The position numbers and the translations under genes are program-made. 64,000 nt of DNA, from the IMG/VR virus record IMGVR_UViG_3300025715_000361, positions 1 through 64,000 of that record. The stretch is one strand, 5' to 3'. Positions 8,571-16,574 of the stretch are shown here, in pieces; the stretch's first letter is position 1, and every line of letters starts with the position of its first letter. The notes beneath the pieces are model-generated. The model saw nothing but the letters and a program-made list of their open reading frames with translations, did no database searches and was not told the origin of the DNA. The DNA comes from a virus (Duplodnaviria > Caudoviricetes).

Positions 8571-8607
8571 TGCGTAATCTACTTCGCAGTGCGTAAAACT
8601 ATTCGCA
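8571..8607. promoter_or_regulatory. two TGCGTA-N6-TTCGCA sites (candidate enhancer/UAS)
   Basis: 8571-8588 and 8590-8607. Confidence 0.65.
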
Positions 8608-8777
8608 CTTACAACATTGTTCAATATTGGACGATTTTTCTAGGTTCGACCGCAAGGATAGACAAGCCTTTTTATGTAGTGTTGCCGTGCTGTTATACGG
8701 GGAAGGCAGCTTTGCTGTTTCTGCGGTACTGTGGACAGGGCATTCTTTGCCACTGCTACGCCTTATAATTGCTACGC

Positions 8778-8801
8778 TTTGACCGCTGTCAAGCGGTCAA
8801 A
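8778..8801. repeat. perfect inverted repeat, 10-bp arms, 4-nt loop
   Basis: TTTGACCGCT-GTCA-AGCGGTCAAA; a further 18-bp palindrome AACGCATTTAAATGCGTT lies at 8837-8854. Confidence 0.85.
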
Positions 8802-8906
8802 TGTATGGGGGTAGGCTGTCATGTAGCGTGCGTTGTAACGCATTTAAATGCGTTGGCAATGGCAATCAATGCCCGCTTTTATGACACGCATCAACATACA
8901 TATGTA

Positions 8907-9051
8907 TGTTGATAACCTGTTGATAATACTGTTGATAGTTTGCGTGTGTCCTGTGTGTAGTGTGTGTATAGCCTGTTCATAGTGTGTGGATAGTGTGTGT
9001 ATGAACTGTTCATAACCCTGTGCATACACCTGTGGATAAGCCTGTTGATAA
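8907..9051. repeat. phased array of DnaA-box-like 9-mers, 11-12 bp period
   Basis: TGTTGATAA 8907, 8918, 9043; TGTTGATAG 8930; TGTGTATAG 8963; TGTTCATAG 8974; TGTGGATAG 8985; TGTTCATAA 9007; TGTGCATAC 9019; perfect TGTGGATAA 9031. Confidence 0.75.
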
Positions 9052-9061
9052 GTAATTCTTT

Positions 9062-9253
9062 CCCAACGGCCCCACTGGTACCCAGTGGGAACGGCACCGG
9101 GCCTCAACGGGGCCGTTGGGGGCCTCCGCACGTGCATTAGTCAGGTTTCGTTACTCGAATGTATAACAAAAAAGGTTCTACGAACCTTTGAAGAAGGGGG
9201 GTATGGGGGTATCATAGGGGGAAAAAGAGACTCCTTTTTGGGGAAAGGGGGGG
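9062..9253. other. nested hairpin plus G-tract cluster, candidate genome-end/packaging region
   Basis: CCCAACGGCCCC (9062) pairs with GGGGCCGTTGGG (9109); CCCACTGG/CCAGTGGG hairpin 9071-9089; G6, G5, G5, G4, G7 runs 9196-9253; lies just upstream of the late arm. Confidence 0.4.
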
Positions 9254-9426
9254 TTCCGGTGTAAAAATAGGGCAAAATAATATAAGGGTGGTCAACGTAT
9301 TTACTGGGCTGGATGGGAACGCTCCCGAGTATAGTATAAGGTCAAAGCTTATACACCGTCAGAACCGGAGAAGGGCTTGACTTTATCTGCAATTTATTGT
9401 AGGCCGGATTTACTGGAGGTGGGGCC

Positions 9427-9885
9427 ATGGCGAGGACTGGCAACAAGCCGAAGGATTCAGAGATAACCGATAATTTCAATCCAGACAAGATAACGGGTGA
9501 GGACGACAGGGAAATGGAGCTTCTTGCGAGACAGCAAGCTCTTGCGGAAGGGGGTGAGGTAAGCGAGGAGGAGGTAGCGGAAGCCTACAAGATGCTTCAG
9601 GACATGCGGTGGGTGTACCGCATGGTCAATGGTCGGGAGAAGCTGAAGAAGCTTGTGGAGGGGAACGACCGGCAGTTTGTTGCGATGGTGAAGGAGCTTT
9701 TAAAGATCGAATCCTCCATCATGACCGCAAAGATCAGGTCGAAGGAGGAGCGTTTTGGAGAGGGGCAGAAAACTGTTCTGGTGATTTTGAAGGGTCTGGA
9801 GGAGGAGAAGCAGTATATCGATGTCACCCCAACTGATGTGGATACCAGGCAGATTGCCCAGATGTTGAATCCGGAGGACGTTTGA
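9427..9885 (+). CDS. hypothetical protein, possible terminase small subunit
   Basis: First late-arm gene, helical/acidic, GGAGG RBS; function from position only. Confidence 0.5.
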   Translation: MARTGNKPKDSEITDNFNPDKITGEDDREMELLARQQALAEGGEVSEEEVAEAYKMLQDMRWVYRMVNGREKLKKLVEGNDRQFVAMVKELLKIESSIMTAKIRSKEERFGEGQKTVLVILKGLEEEKQYIDVTPTDVDTRQIAQMLNPEDV

Positions 9886-10043
9886 GGTACGATTACAAGG
9901 GTGACGATAAGAGGTATTTGATCGATCTTGACAATCCGAAGGCGAGGGGGGTTTTTCTGGTGCTTCCTTGGACGATAGAGGACATGGGGAAACTTGGGAT
10001 ACTGGTGGGGGAAGCAAAGAAAGATTATGAGGGAGGGGCATGA
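9882..10043 (+). CDS. 53-aa hypothetical protein
   Basis: TTG start with GGAGGA RBS, fills the gap, stop overlaps ATG 10040. Confidence 0.45.
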   Translation: MRYDYKGDDKRYLIDLDNPKARGVFLVLPWTIEDMGKLGILVGEAKKDYEGGA

Positions 10044-10699
10044 TTAAGAAGGAGTTCATGGGGGAGAGCTTTGTTTTCGAAGAGACTGCCACGGCACAGT
10101 CGTTGATCGATGAGATTTTTTCGGATTGCTACCGTGTTTTCTCCGAGAAGGTTCCGATCCTTCCCGGCGATGTGGTTCTGGACTTCGGGGCTTGCGAGGG
10201 GATGTTTTCGATCATGATCGGGAAACTGTTCCCAGAGGCGAAGGTATATGCATTCGAACCTGTTAAGAGGACGTTTAATACCCTTTTTGCGAATCTTTTC
10301 AACAACCGGATGAAGAACGTCCATCCCAGACCTTACGGGATCGGCAGGGAGAACGGTACGGTGAGGATGGTGATATCGAAGGATTTTTCCGGCGGCTCTT
10401 CATCGAAGATCGAGTTTAATCCGGAGCATCATTACACGGAGGAAGTGGAAGTAAGGTCTTTTCAGTCGATCCTTTTGAAAGAGGGAATCGAAAAGGTTAA
10501 GCTGATGAAGATCGACATTGAGGGAATGGAGTACGAGGCACTCTATTACACCGACCTTTCCATGGTGGAGTACATGGTTGGGGAGTTTCACACGAACAGG
10601 AATTTGGAATATGACGGAAGAAGGATAGACGGTTTGGCGAACTTCCTCGGCAGAAAAGTCAAACTGGTTGGAGTAGAAGCTTGTAAAATGTCTGATTAA
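10040..10699 (+). CDS. FkbM-family SAM-dependent methyltransferase
   Basis: VVLDFGACEG, VYAFEP, KLMKIDIEGMEYEAL. Confidence 0.85.
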   Translation: MIKKEFMGESFVFEETATAQSLIDEIFSDCYRVFSEKVPILPGDVVLDFGACEGMFSIMIGKLFPEAKVYAFEPVKRTFNTLFANLFNNRMKNVHPRPYGIGRENGTVRMVISKDFSGGSSSKIEFNPEHHYTEEVEVRSFQSILLKEGIEKVKLMKIDIEGMEYEALYYTDLSMVEYMVGEFHTNRNLEYDGRRIDGLANFLGRKVKLVGVEACKMSD

Positions 10700-10720
10700 A
10701 ATTAAAGGGGGCAAAAAACA

Positions 10721-11122
10721 ATGCAAGAGTATTTAGGCGTAAAGATCATTAAAGCGGAACCAATGACCAAGTACGATTTTTATGAGTCCCAAGGTAAGAC
10801 GATTCCAAAGGAGGATAACCAGCACGGCTACAAGGTAGTTTATCCGGATGGCTATGTAAGCTGGTCCCCCAAACGAGTGTTTGAAGAGGCTTATCGTAAA
10901 ACGGATGGCATAACCTTTGGTTTGGCTATTGAAGCCATGAATAAAGGTCTAAAGGTAAGACTACCACACTGGGGAGCTGATGTATTTATTAGCATGCAGT
11001 TTCCTGATGAGCATAGCAAAATGACCCATAAATATATGTATGTTACGTCTCGTTTTGGCCGTGTGCCTTGGATCCCTACGCAGATCGAAATGCTTAGTGA
11101 AAACTACTCTATTATTGAGTAG
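10721..11122 (+). CDS. DUF2829/Tad2-like domain protein
   Basis: N-terminal GYKVVYPDGYVSWSPK..FEEAY; C-terminal TFGLAIEAMNKGLKV..W...SKMT..Y.Y...PWIPTQIEML. Confidence 0.65.
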   Translation: MQEYLGVKIIKAEPMTKYDFYESQGKTIPKEDNQHGYKVVYPDGYVSWSPKRVFEEAYRKTDGITFGLAIEAMNKGLKVRLPHWGADVFISMQFPDEHSKMTHKYMYVTSRFGRVPWIPTQIEMLSENYSIIE

Positions 11123-11148
11123 TCTTCACCCTTTAAAGTTGTTCGAGT

Positions 11149-11493
11149 TTGTACACCTTAAAAGGAGGGAAAGGAATGGAAGTGACGGGTAGCAAAAGAA
11201 TCCCGGAAGGGACGTTAACGATGGTTTTGTCAAGCGGACTTACGTTGGTCGGGGTCACAATGGAAACCGGTGGTGACGAGATTGCGGTATTCAATCCAAG
11301 AATATGGATGTTGCACGACAACAACAAGAAGATGACGCTTTCGTTTATGCCGGGGTATCCTCCGGTGGCTTATGTGCGTCCGTCCGTGTACTGGCCCGTG
11401 CCGGAGTGGGACAGGGCTTTGTATGATCTTTATTTGCAGGCGACAAGCCCTGAAACGGTAGAAAAAGCGAAGATGGGGCCACAGGAAAACTGA
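11149..11493 (+). CDS. hypothetical protein
   Basis: ORF between DUF2829 gene and terminase; likely start at internal ATG (MEVTG) after GGAGGG. Confidence 0.55.
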   Translation: MYTLKGGKGMEVTGSKRIPEGTLTMVLSSGLTLVGVTMETGGDEIAVFNPRIWMLHDNNKKMTLSFMPGYPPVAYVRPSVYWPVPEWDRALYDLYLQATSPETVEKAKMGPQEN

Positions 11494-13769
11494 TGGAAAA
11501 GCCTTATCAAGTCCTGTACGATTACTCAGATGTGCCGACATTGAAGCGGTTCACTCTGGATAACAGCCGTGTCAGGTGTGTCATGGGGCCGTTCGGGTGC
11601 GTGTCAAGCGATACGCTCATTGTCACAGAGAAAGGTCTGCTTCCCATCTCTGAGATAACTCGTCCAATGCGTGTTTTAAGCTGGAATGAGAATAAGGGTC
11701 GATTCCAGCTTTCTCAAAGTGGCGGTGCGTTCCCAAAAGGTAAGGACTATCTATACCGAGTTTCAACGCCGCAAGGATCATTTGACGCAAGCGGACATCA
11801 CCGCGTACTCTGCGCTGATAATAAATATCGACAGGTTTCCAGTTTGCGTTCCGGTGATACCTTGTACGGATGTTTTCCTTCCCTGATACGGAAAACTGTT
11901 TCGGAACCCCGGTTATTGTCGCACGAAGATGATCCCCGTTTTTCTGAAAAAGTCGCAGATTGGATGGGTCGTTATGCAGAGTTAGCCCGTCAATATGGTC
12001 TGTCACTTCTTCAGGAAGAAGATACCGGCCTAACTTTTGCTCAAGTATCAGGCGATGTTCAAATATTGAGCCGTCCAATTTGGCAAAAGGATGTTCAGCA
12101 GTCACGCTCACATACCCGTCTAAATCAATCCTGCGTCCTGAAACAAACTGGTGATTCAATTCGCCGCCCCTTGCGCCCACCGGAAGCCTGTCAAGGTTGT
12201 GCCGTTTCGCAACCTTCCGCACATATCGGGCGGTTACGCCGACAATATTGGCAACGTCTTTTGAACTACGTTTCCCGTCATATAATAAAATTATCAAACT
12301 TGTATTCTCATTCATTTGCTTCCCCCTTAACCGATAGGCCCATAGTATCAATAGAAAGGTTAAGTGTCAAGGAAGAATATTGGGATATGCAGGTTTTGGA
12401 TACGAATAATTATGTGACTGCGGACGGTGCGATACACCACAATTCGGGCAAATCTTCTGCTTGCGTTATGGAGATCATCAGACGGGCAAGTTTGCAGGAG
12501 CCGGGGCCGGACGGAATCCGAAGGTCGAGATGGGCGGTTGTTCGAAACTCATACGGGCAGTTGAAGGACACAACGATACGGACGTTCCACGATTGGTTCC
12601 CGCCGAAGCTTTTTGGAGAGTACCGTGTCACAGACCATATGTTCATCATCACAAGGTTGCCGGGAATCCATCTTGAAATCCTTTTCAGGGCACTTGACAG
12701 GCCGGATCAGGTGTCAAATCTCCTCTCTCTCGAAGTAACATCCGCTTGGTTTAACGAATCAAGGGAAATTCCCAGAACAATCATAGAAGCCATGGACGCA
12801 CGTATCGGTAGGTTCCCATCGAAAAGGGACGGTGGGCCGACTTGGTACGGGATGATTATGGACACAAACCCGCCTGACGAAGATTCATACCTTTATAAGA
12901 TGTTCGAAAAAGTCAAGCCGGACGGCTGGAAGATGTTCAAACAGCCGTCCGGCCTTTCCGCAAGAGCAGAGAACACGAAGCATTTGCCGAAAGGATACTA
13001 TTCGAATCTCGCCAAGGGCAAGGACGAGATGTACAAGAGAATCTATATCCACGGGCAATACGGTTTTCTGGTTACTGGAAAGCCGGTGTTTCAGTCGTTT
13101 GTGGATAATGTACACGTGGCACCGAATATCATTGAGCCGATAAAAGGGCTTGATGTCATTCTGGGATTCGATTTCGGGTTGCAACCGGCATGTGCCATCG
13201 GGCAGATTGATCCGATGGGCAAACTGGTAATTCTTGACGAACTGGTTTCAGATGGAATGGGGTTAAGGCAGTTTTGCGAGAGTCAATTGATACCGCTTTT
13301 GCGTAGGAAGTATTTTGGCATGAGCGTAATGGGGTATGGCGATCCATCCGGAGCATCAAGGGCACCGACAGATGAATCAACTTGCTTTGAAGTGCTTCAT
13401 TCGAGGGAGGTCGGTCTTTCAGGGGTAATTCCCGCACCGACAAACGCCATAATGCCCCGTGTGTCTGCGGTAGAGACGTTTTTAAACAAGATGTGGCAGG
13501 GAGAGCCAGCGTTTTTGCTATCTCCAAACTGTCATTTTTTGCGTAAGGCATTGAATGGTGCGTATCATTACGAGAAGGAGCCGAAGTCGCAGGGAGAGGA
13601 ATACAAGGCGATGCCTGTGAAAAACTTCTATTCCCATGTGTCTGATGCCTTGCAGATGCTTTGCATGTATCTTTCGGAGAAGGAATCACAGGACAGGCGG
13701 TGGAAATCGTTTCAGGCAACGATGAAGAGGCGGGAATACAGGCCAGCAAGCTATGAGGCCGGTTATTAG
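11493..13769 (+). CDS. terL: terminase large subunit with an intein in the Walker A motif
   Basis: MGPFG|...|SGKSS Walker A, RWAVVRNSYGQL, AWFNESRE Walker B, MIMDTNPP, GFDFG and HVSDALQ nuclease motifs; spliced product 476 aa. Confidence 0.92.
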   Translation: MEKPYQVLYDYSDVPTLKRFTLDNSRVRCVMGPFGCVSSDTLIVTEKGLLPISEITRPMRVLSWNENKGRFQLSQSGGAFPKGKDYLYRVSTPQGSFDASGHHRVLCADNKYRQVSSLRSGDTLYGCFPSLIRKTVSEPRLLSHEDDPRFSEKVADWMGRYAELARQYGLSLLQEEDTGLTFAQVSGDVQILSRPIWQKDVQQSRSHTRLNQSCVLKQTGDSIRRPLRPPEACQGCAVSQPSAHIGRLRRQYWQRLLNYVSRHIIKLSNLYSHSFASPLTDRPIVSIERLSVKEEYWDMQVLDTNNYVTADGAIHHNSGKSSACVMEIIRRASLQEPGPDGIRRSRWAVVRNSYGQLKDTTIRTFHDWFPPKLFGEYRVTDHMFIITRLPGIHLEILFRALDRPDQVSNLLSLEVTSAWFNESREIPRTIIEAMDARIGRFPSKRDGGPTWYGMIMDTNPPDEDSYLYKMFEKVKPDGWKMFKQPSGLSARAENTKHLPKGYYSNLAKGKDEMYKRIYIHGQYGFLVTGKPVFQSFVDNVHVAPNIIEPIKGLDVILGFDFGLQPACAIGQIDPMGKLVILDELVSDGMGLRQFCESQLIPLLRRKYFGMSVMGYGDPSGASRAPTDESTCFEVLHSREVGLSGVIPAPTNAIMPRVSAVETFLNKMWQGEPAFLLSPNCHFLRKALNGAYHYEKEPKSQGEEYKAMPVKNFYSHVSDALQMLCMYLSEKESQDRRWKSFQATMKRREYRPASYEAGY
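11623..12315 (-). CDS. HNH endonuclease nested antisense inside the intein (230 aa)
   Basis: N-terminal HTH-like segment, DGYV...HPFA...IFEHRLILEQKLGRYLLPEEVTDHIDGLTLHNDPSNL; AAGGGGGA RBS before ATG 12315. Confidence 0.9.
   Translation of the reverse strand: MNENTSLIILLYDGKRSSKDVANIVGVTARYVRKVAKRHNLDRLPVGARGGELNHQFVSGRRIDLDGYVSVTAEHPFAKLDGSIFEHRLILEQKLGRYLLPEEVTDHIDGLTLHNDPSNLRLFQKNGDHLRATITGVPKQFSVSGKENIRTRYHRNANWKPVDIYYQRRVRGDVRLRQMILAALKLGIDSPYLLGTHRHFEKAGIDPYSHSSLKHALDELSQRWEADLSL
12342..12370 (-). promoter_or_regulatory. sigma70-type promoter for the intein-nested HNH
   Basis: TTGACA (12370-12365)-17 bp-TACTAT (12347-12342). Confidence 0.75.
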
Positions 13770-13780
13770 GGGAGAGAGCA

Positions 13781-16078
13781 ATGGACGAAATCAGGGCGGC
13801 ATTTGAGAAGAAGGAACGCAATTCGAGTGTGATGGGGGAATTCGGGTTGCGGATGAAGGGTCTTTTCAACACGGCAAAGACATACAGAAGGGCAAAGGAA
13901 CTGGAGTGGACGGAAAGTTTGCGGCAGTATAAGGGGCTTTACGATCCGACAGTAAAAATAGAGGCAAACAACTCGAAGGTTTATCCGAAAATAACAAGAT
14001 CGAAAGTGAACATTGCTCTTTCCCGTCTCCATGAAATGCTTTTTCCCGAAAACGACAAGAACTGGGCCATTGAACCCACTCCCGAACCGAGAATTTCAAA
14101 GGAAACCGTAAAGGCAATCGCCCTGACGATGATTACAAAGGACGAGACGGGGAATCCGGTCATCCCTTCTGCGGAAGATTTGCGTCTCCAGATCAAAAGG
14201 TTTTGCGATGAAACGTGCAAGGCAATGACAGGCGAGATAGAAGATCAGTTGATCGAAATGAACTATTCCGAGGAAACGAAGAAGGTTTTGCGGTCTGGGC
14301 TGATGTACGGGACGGGCGTTATGAAAGGCCCGATGATTATGGATCGGATGAAGCGGAGGTGGCATCCTGTCGGGGGAAACGAGTACGAGGAGAAGGTGAC
14401 ATCGGACGAGGTTCCATTTTTTGAATTCGTGCGTATTTGGGATTGGTATCCAGACATGACCGTAACCGATCTCGACAAGATGAGCGGTTCGTTTCAACGT
14501 CACCTGATGACGAAGCATGATTTGCGTTCCCTGTTAAAGAGGGGCGACTTTTACAATGACATCCTCGAAGAGTACATAAAGGCACATCCGAATGGAGATT
14601 ATGTGCCTGAAAACTGGGAAGTCGATCTTCAGGTGATTGAGATCGAAGCTTCAAAACAGACAGGGTATGTAAGAGCCGGATCAACGACAGATGTAAACAC
14701 CGGATCGACATTCAGACAGCCGGGGGCAAAATATGAGGTGTTGGAGTATTGGGGTTACGTGGACGGTAACGATCTTGCCGCTTGCGGTGTGAACATAGAG
14801 GATGAAACGCTTGAGTATGGGGCAAATTTGTGGATTTTGGGTGGGAAAATCATCAAGGCAGTCCTCTATGACGGTGCTTTGGACAAATACAAGGTGTTTT
14901 ACTACGAAAAAGATGAAACAAGCCTGTTTGGCGAGGGGCTTTGCCGGATCATGAGGCATTCGCAGATTGCGATAAGTGCCGGTGCAAGGATGGTTTTGGA
15001 CAATGCCGCTTGCGTTTCAGGGCCGCAAGTGGAAGTGAACTGGAATCTGATGACACCGGACACGGATTTGAACTCATTTTACCCAAGAAAGATATGGTAT
15101 CGGGAAGGAAGGGGCATCGATGCCCAGTATCCGGCGATCAGGAGCATTGAATTCGATTCGCACATACCGGAATTATTGTCGATTATCGACAAATTCAGGG
15201 AATTTGGTGACGAGGAAACCACTTTGCCGACATGGATGATCGGTCAGATGGTGAACAACGAGACGGCACAGGCGACATCGGGCCGTATGGCTACCATTAC
15301 GATCTCAATCAAGGATGTTGTGAAGAATTTCGATGCTTTTACGGAAAAAATCATCCGTGATCTGTATACGTGGAACATGGAATTCAATAAGAGGGCAGAT
15401 ATAAAGGGTGATTACAACGTGAAACCGAGGGGGGTTTCTTCTCTTGTGATGAAAGAGATAAGGATGAACCTTCTGAATCAGCTTCAAGCGTCCATGCAAC
15501 CGGAAGATTGGGACTACATCCCCAGAGATCAGTTTTTGAAGGAAAAAATAAAGACTTTCGATCTTGCAATTACGATGCGGACGGAAGAGGAAGCTCAAAA
15601 AGTGCGTGAGGAACGTGAAAACAGCCGTATGCAACAGCTTGTGTACGCCCAGCTTGAGGCCGAAGTGCAGTACAAAAAAGCCCAGACGATGGCACAGCTT
15701 ACAAAAGCGAAAGACAAGAACGTGGAAGCGATAAAACGGGCCGGAGAAGAGCCGGAGGGCGGCGAAGCGGTAAATGAGGAGCTTCAGAATGCTGAAGTGA
15801 GGGCAAAAACGGCAGAAAGCATCAAAAAGGAACAGGAAATTGGTCTTGCACAGCAAAAACACGATCAGGAAATGAGGCAGAGGGAGCAAGAGCATTCGAT
15901 ACGCATGGCCGACCAGAAACTTGCGGCACTTCAAGCGGAAAGAAAGGCGAAAGCGGAGCTTGAAATGGAAAAGCAGAGGGTCGATCAGGAAATGAAAATG
16001 AAAAAAGAGATGCACGATGTAAAAAAGAAGGTTGCGGCGAAACCAAAACCACAGAAACCACAAAAAACCACAAAATGA
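13781..16078 (+). CDS. portal protein
   Basis: 765 aa directly after terL; helical, charged C-terminal extension; podovirus-like portal layout. Confidence 0.8.
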   Translation: MDEIRAAFEKKERNSSVMGEFGLRMKGLFNTAKTYRRAKELEWTESLRQYKGLYDPTVKIEANNSKVYPKITRSKVNIALSRLHEMLFPENDKNWAIEPTPEPRISKETVKAIALTMITKDETGNPVIPSAEDLRLQIKRFCDETCKAMTGEIEDQLIEMNYSEETKKVLRSGLMYGTGVMKGPMIMDRMKRRWHPVGGNEYEEKVTSDEVPFFEFVRIWDWYPDMTVTDLDKMSGSFQRHLMTKHDLRSLLKRGDFYNDILEEYIKAHPNGDYVPENWEVDLQVIEIEASKQTGYVRAGSTTDVNTGSTFRQPGAKYEVLEYWGYVDGNDLAACGVNIEDETLEYGANLWILGGKIIKAVLYDGALDKYKVFYYEKDETSLFGEGLCRIMRHSQIAISAGARMVLDNAACVSGPQVEVNWNLMTPDTDLNSFYPRKIWYREGRGIDAQYPAIRSIEFDSHIPELLSIIDKFREFGDEETTLPTWMIGQMVNNETAQATSGRMATITISIKDVVKNFDAFTEKIIRDLYTWNMEFNKRADIKGDYNVKPRGVSSLVMKEIRMNLLNQLQASMQPEDWDYIPRDQFLKEKIKTFDLAITMRTEEEAQKVREERENSRMQQLVYAQLEAEVQYKKAQTMAQLTKAKDKNVEAIKRAGEEPEGGEAVNEELQNAEVRAKTAESIKKEQEIGLAQQKHDQEMRQREQEHSIRMADQKLAALQAERKAKAELEMEKQRVDQEMKMKKEMHDVKKKVAAKPKPQKPQKTTK

Positions 16079-16086
16079 GGGATTAG

Positions 16087-16320
16087 ATGGACAAAACACA
16101 AGCTATTTTGCTCGGTCAATTGTATGAGGTGCGTTTTTCAGAGCCTATAAAGATCGTGCGGAGGCTTATGGAGATGCGTCTTGCGGATTTGAGGGAATAC
16201 AACGACACGGCAGGGCCGCCACAGATTTCTCTTAATCAGGGGGGTATAAGCGAGATAAAATTGTTTTTATCATGGTTAGATAAGGGGCTTCCTTCTTTCA
16301 AGAAAGAGCTTGAAAAGTAG
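16087..16320 (+). CDS. hypothetical head-module protein
   Basis: 77-aa ORF after portal, GAGG RBS. Confidence 0.65.
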   Translation: MDKTQAILLGQLYEVRFSEPIKIVRRLMEMRLADLREYNDTAGPPQISLNQGGISEIKLFLSWLDKGLPSFKKELEK

Positions 16321-16328
16321 GAGGGACT

Positions 16329-16484
16329 ATGATAAGCCGTGAACGAGAGTCACAAAGCGTTCAATCGATTGCCAACGGGTGTTTTGGAACTGCAACGCAC
16401 GTGGTAATACGAAAAGAAGAGATTATCGATATTTTAAGAGCCATTGACGGTGTAAAAAGAAAACTGCAAATGGTTCTGAAGTAA
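16329..16484 (+). CDS. 51-aa hypothetical protein
   Basis: Manual translation MISRERESQ...QMVLK; GAGGG RBS. Confidence 0.5.
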   Translation: MISRERESQSVQSIANGCFGTATHVVIRKEEIIDILRAIDGVKRKLQMVLK

Positions 16485-16517
16485 CATACGCTTAAAGCCC
16501 AAGACTCTTACGGGAAC

Positions 16518-16560
16518 AAAAGCCACCATGGTGTAACAGCCATAGGTGGCTTTTTTATTT
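16518..16560 (+). terminator. terminator-like hairpin before the scaffold gene
   Basis: AAAAGCCACC...GGTGGCTTTT plus U tract. Confidence 0.7.
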
Positions 16561-16574
16561 TAAGGAGGGAAGTT

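Larger units (their letters stand above)
11598..12443 (+). mobile_element. intein (282 aa, Cys36-Asn317) with no in-frame endonuclease
   Basis: Block A CVSSDTLIVT, block B ASGHHRV, block F YWDMQVLDTNNYV, block G IHHN followed by Ser+1; removal restores GPFGSGKS. Confidence 0.95.

Noticed and set aside
9370-9420. sigma70 late promoter at TTGACT 9377
   Set aside because: No acceptable -10 element at 16-18 bp spacing.
15305-16099. Phe/Leu-rich minus ORFs over the portal C-terminus
   Set aside because: Shadow of Lys/Glu-rich codons.
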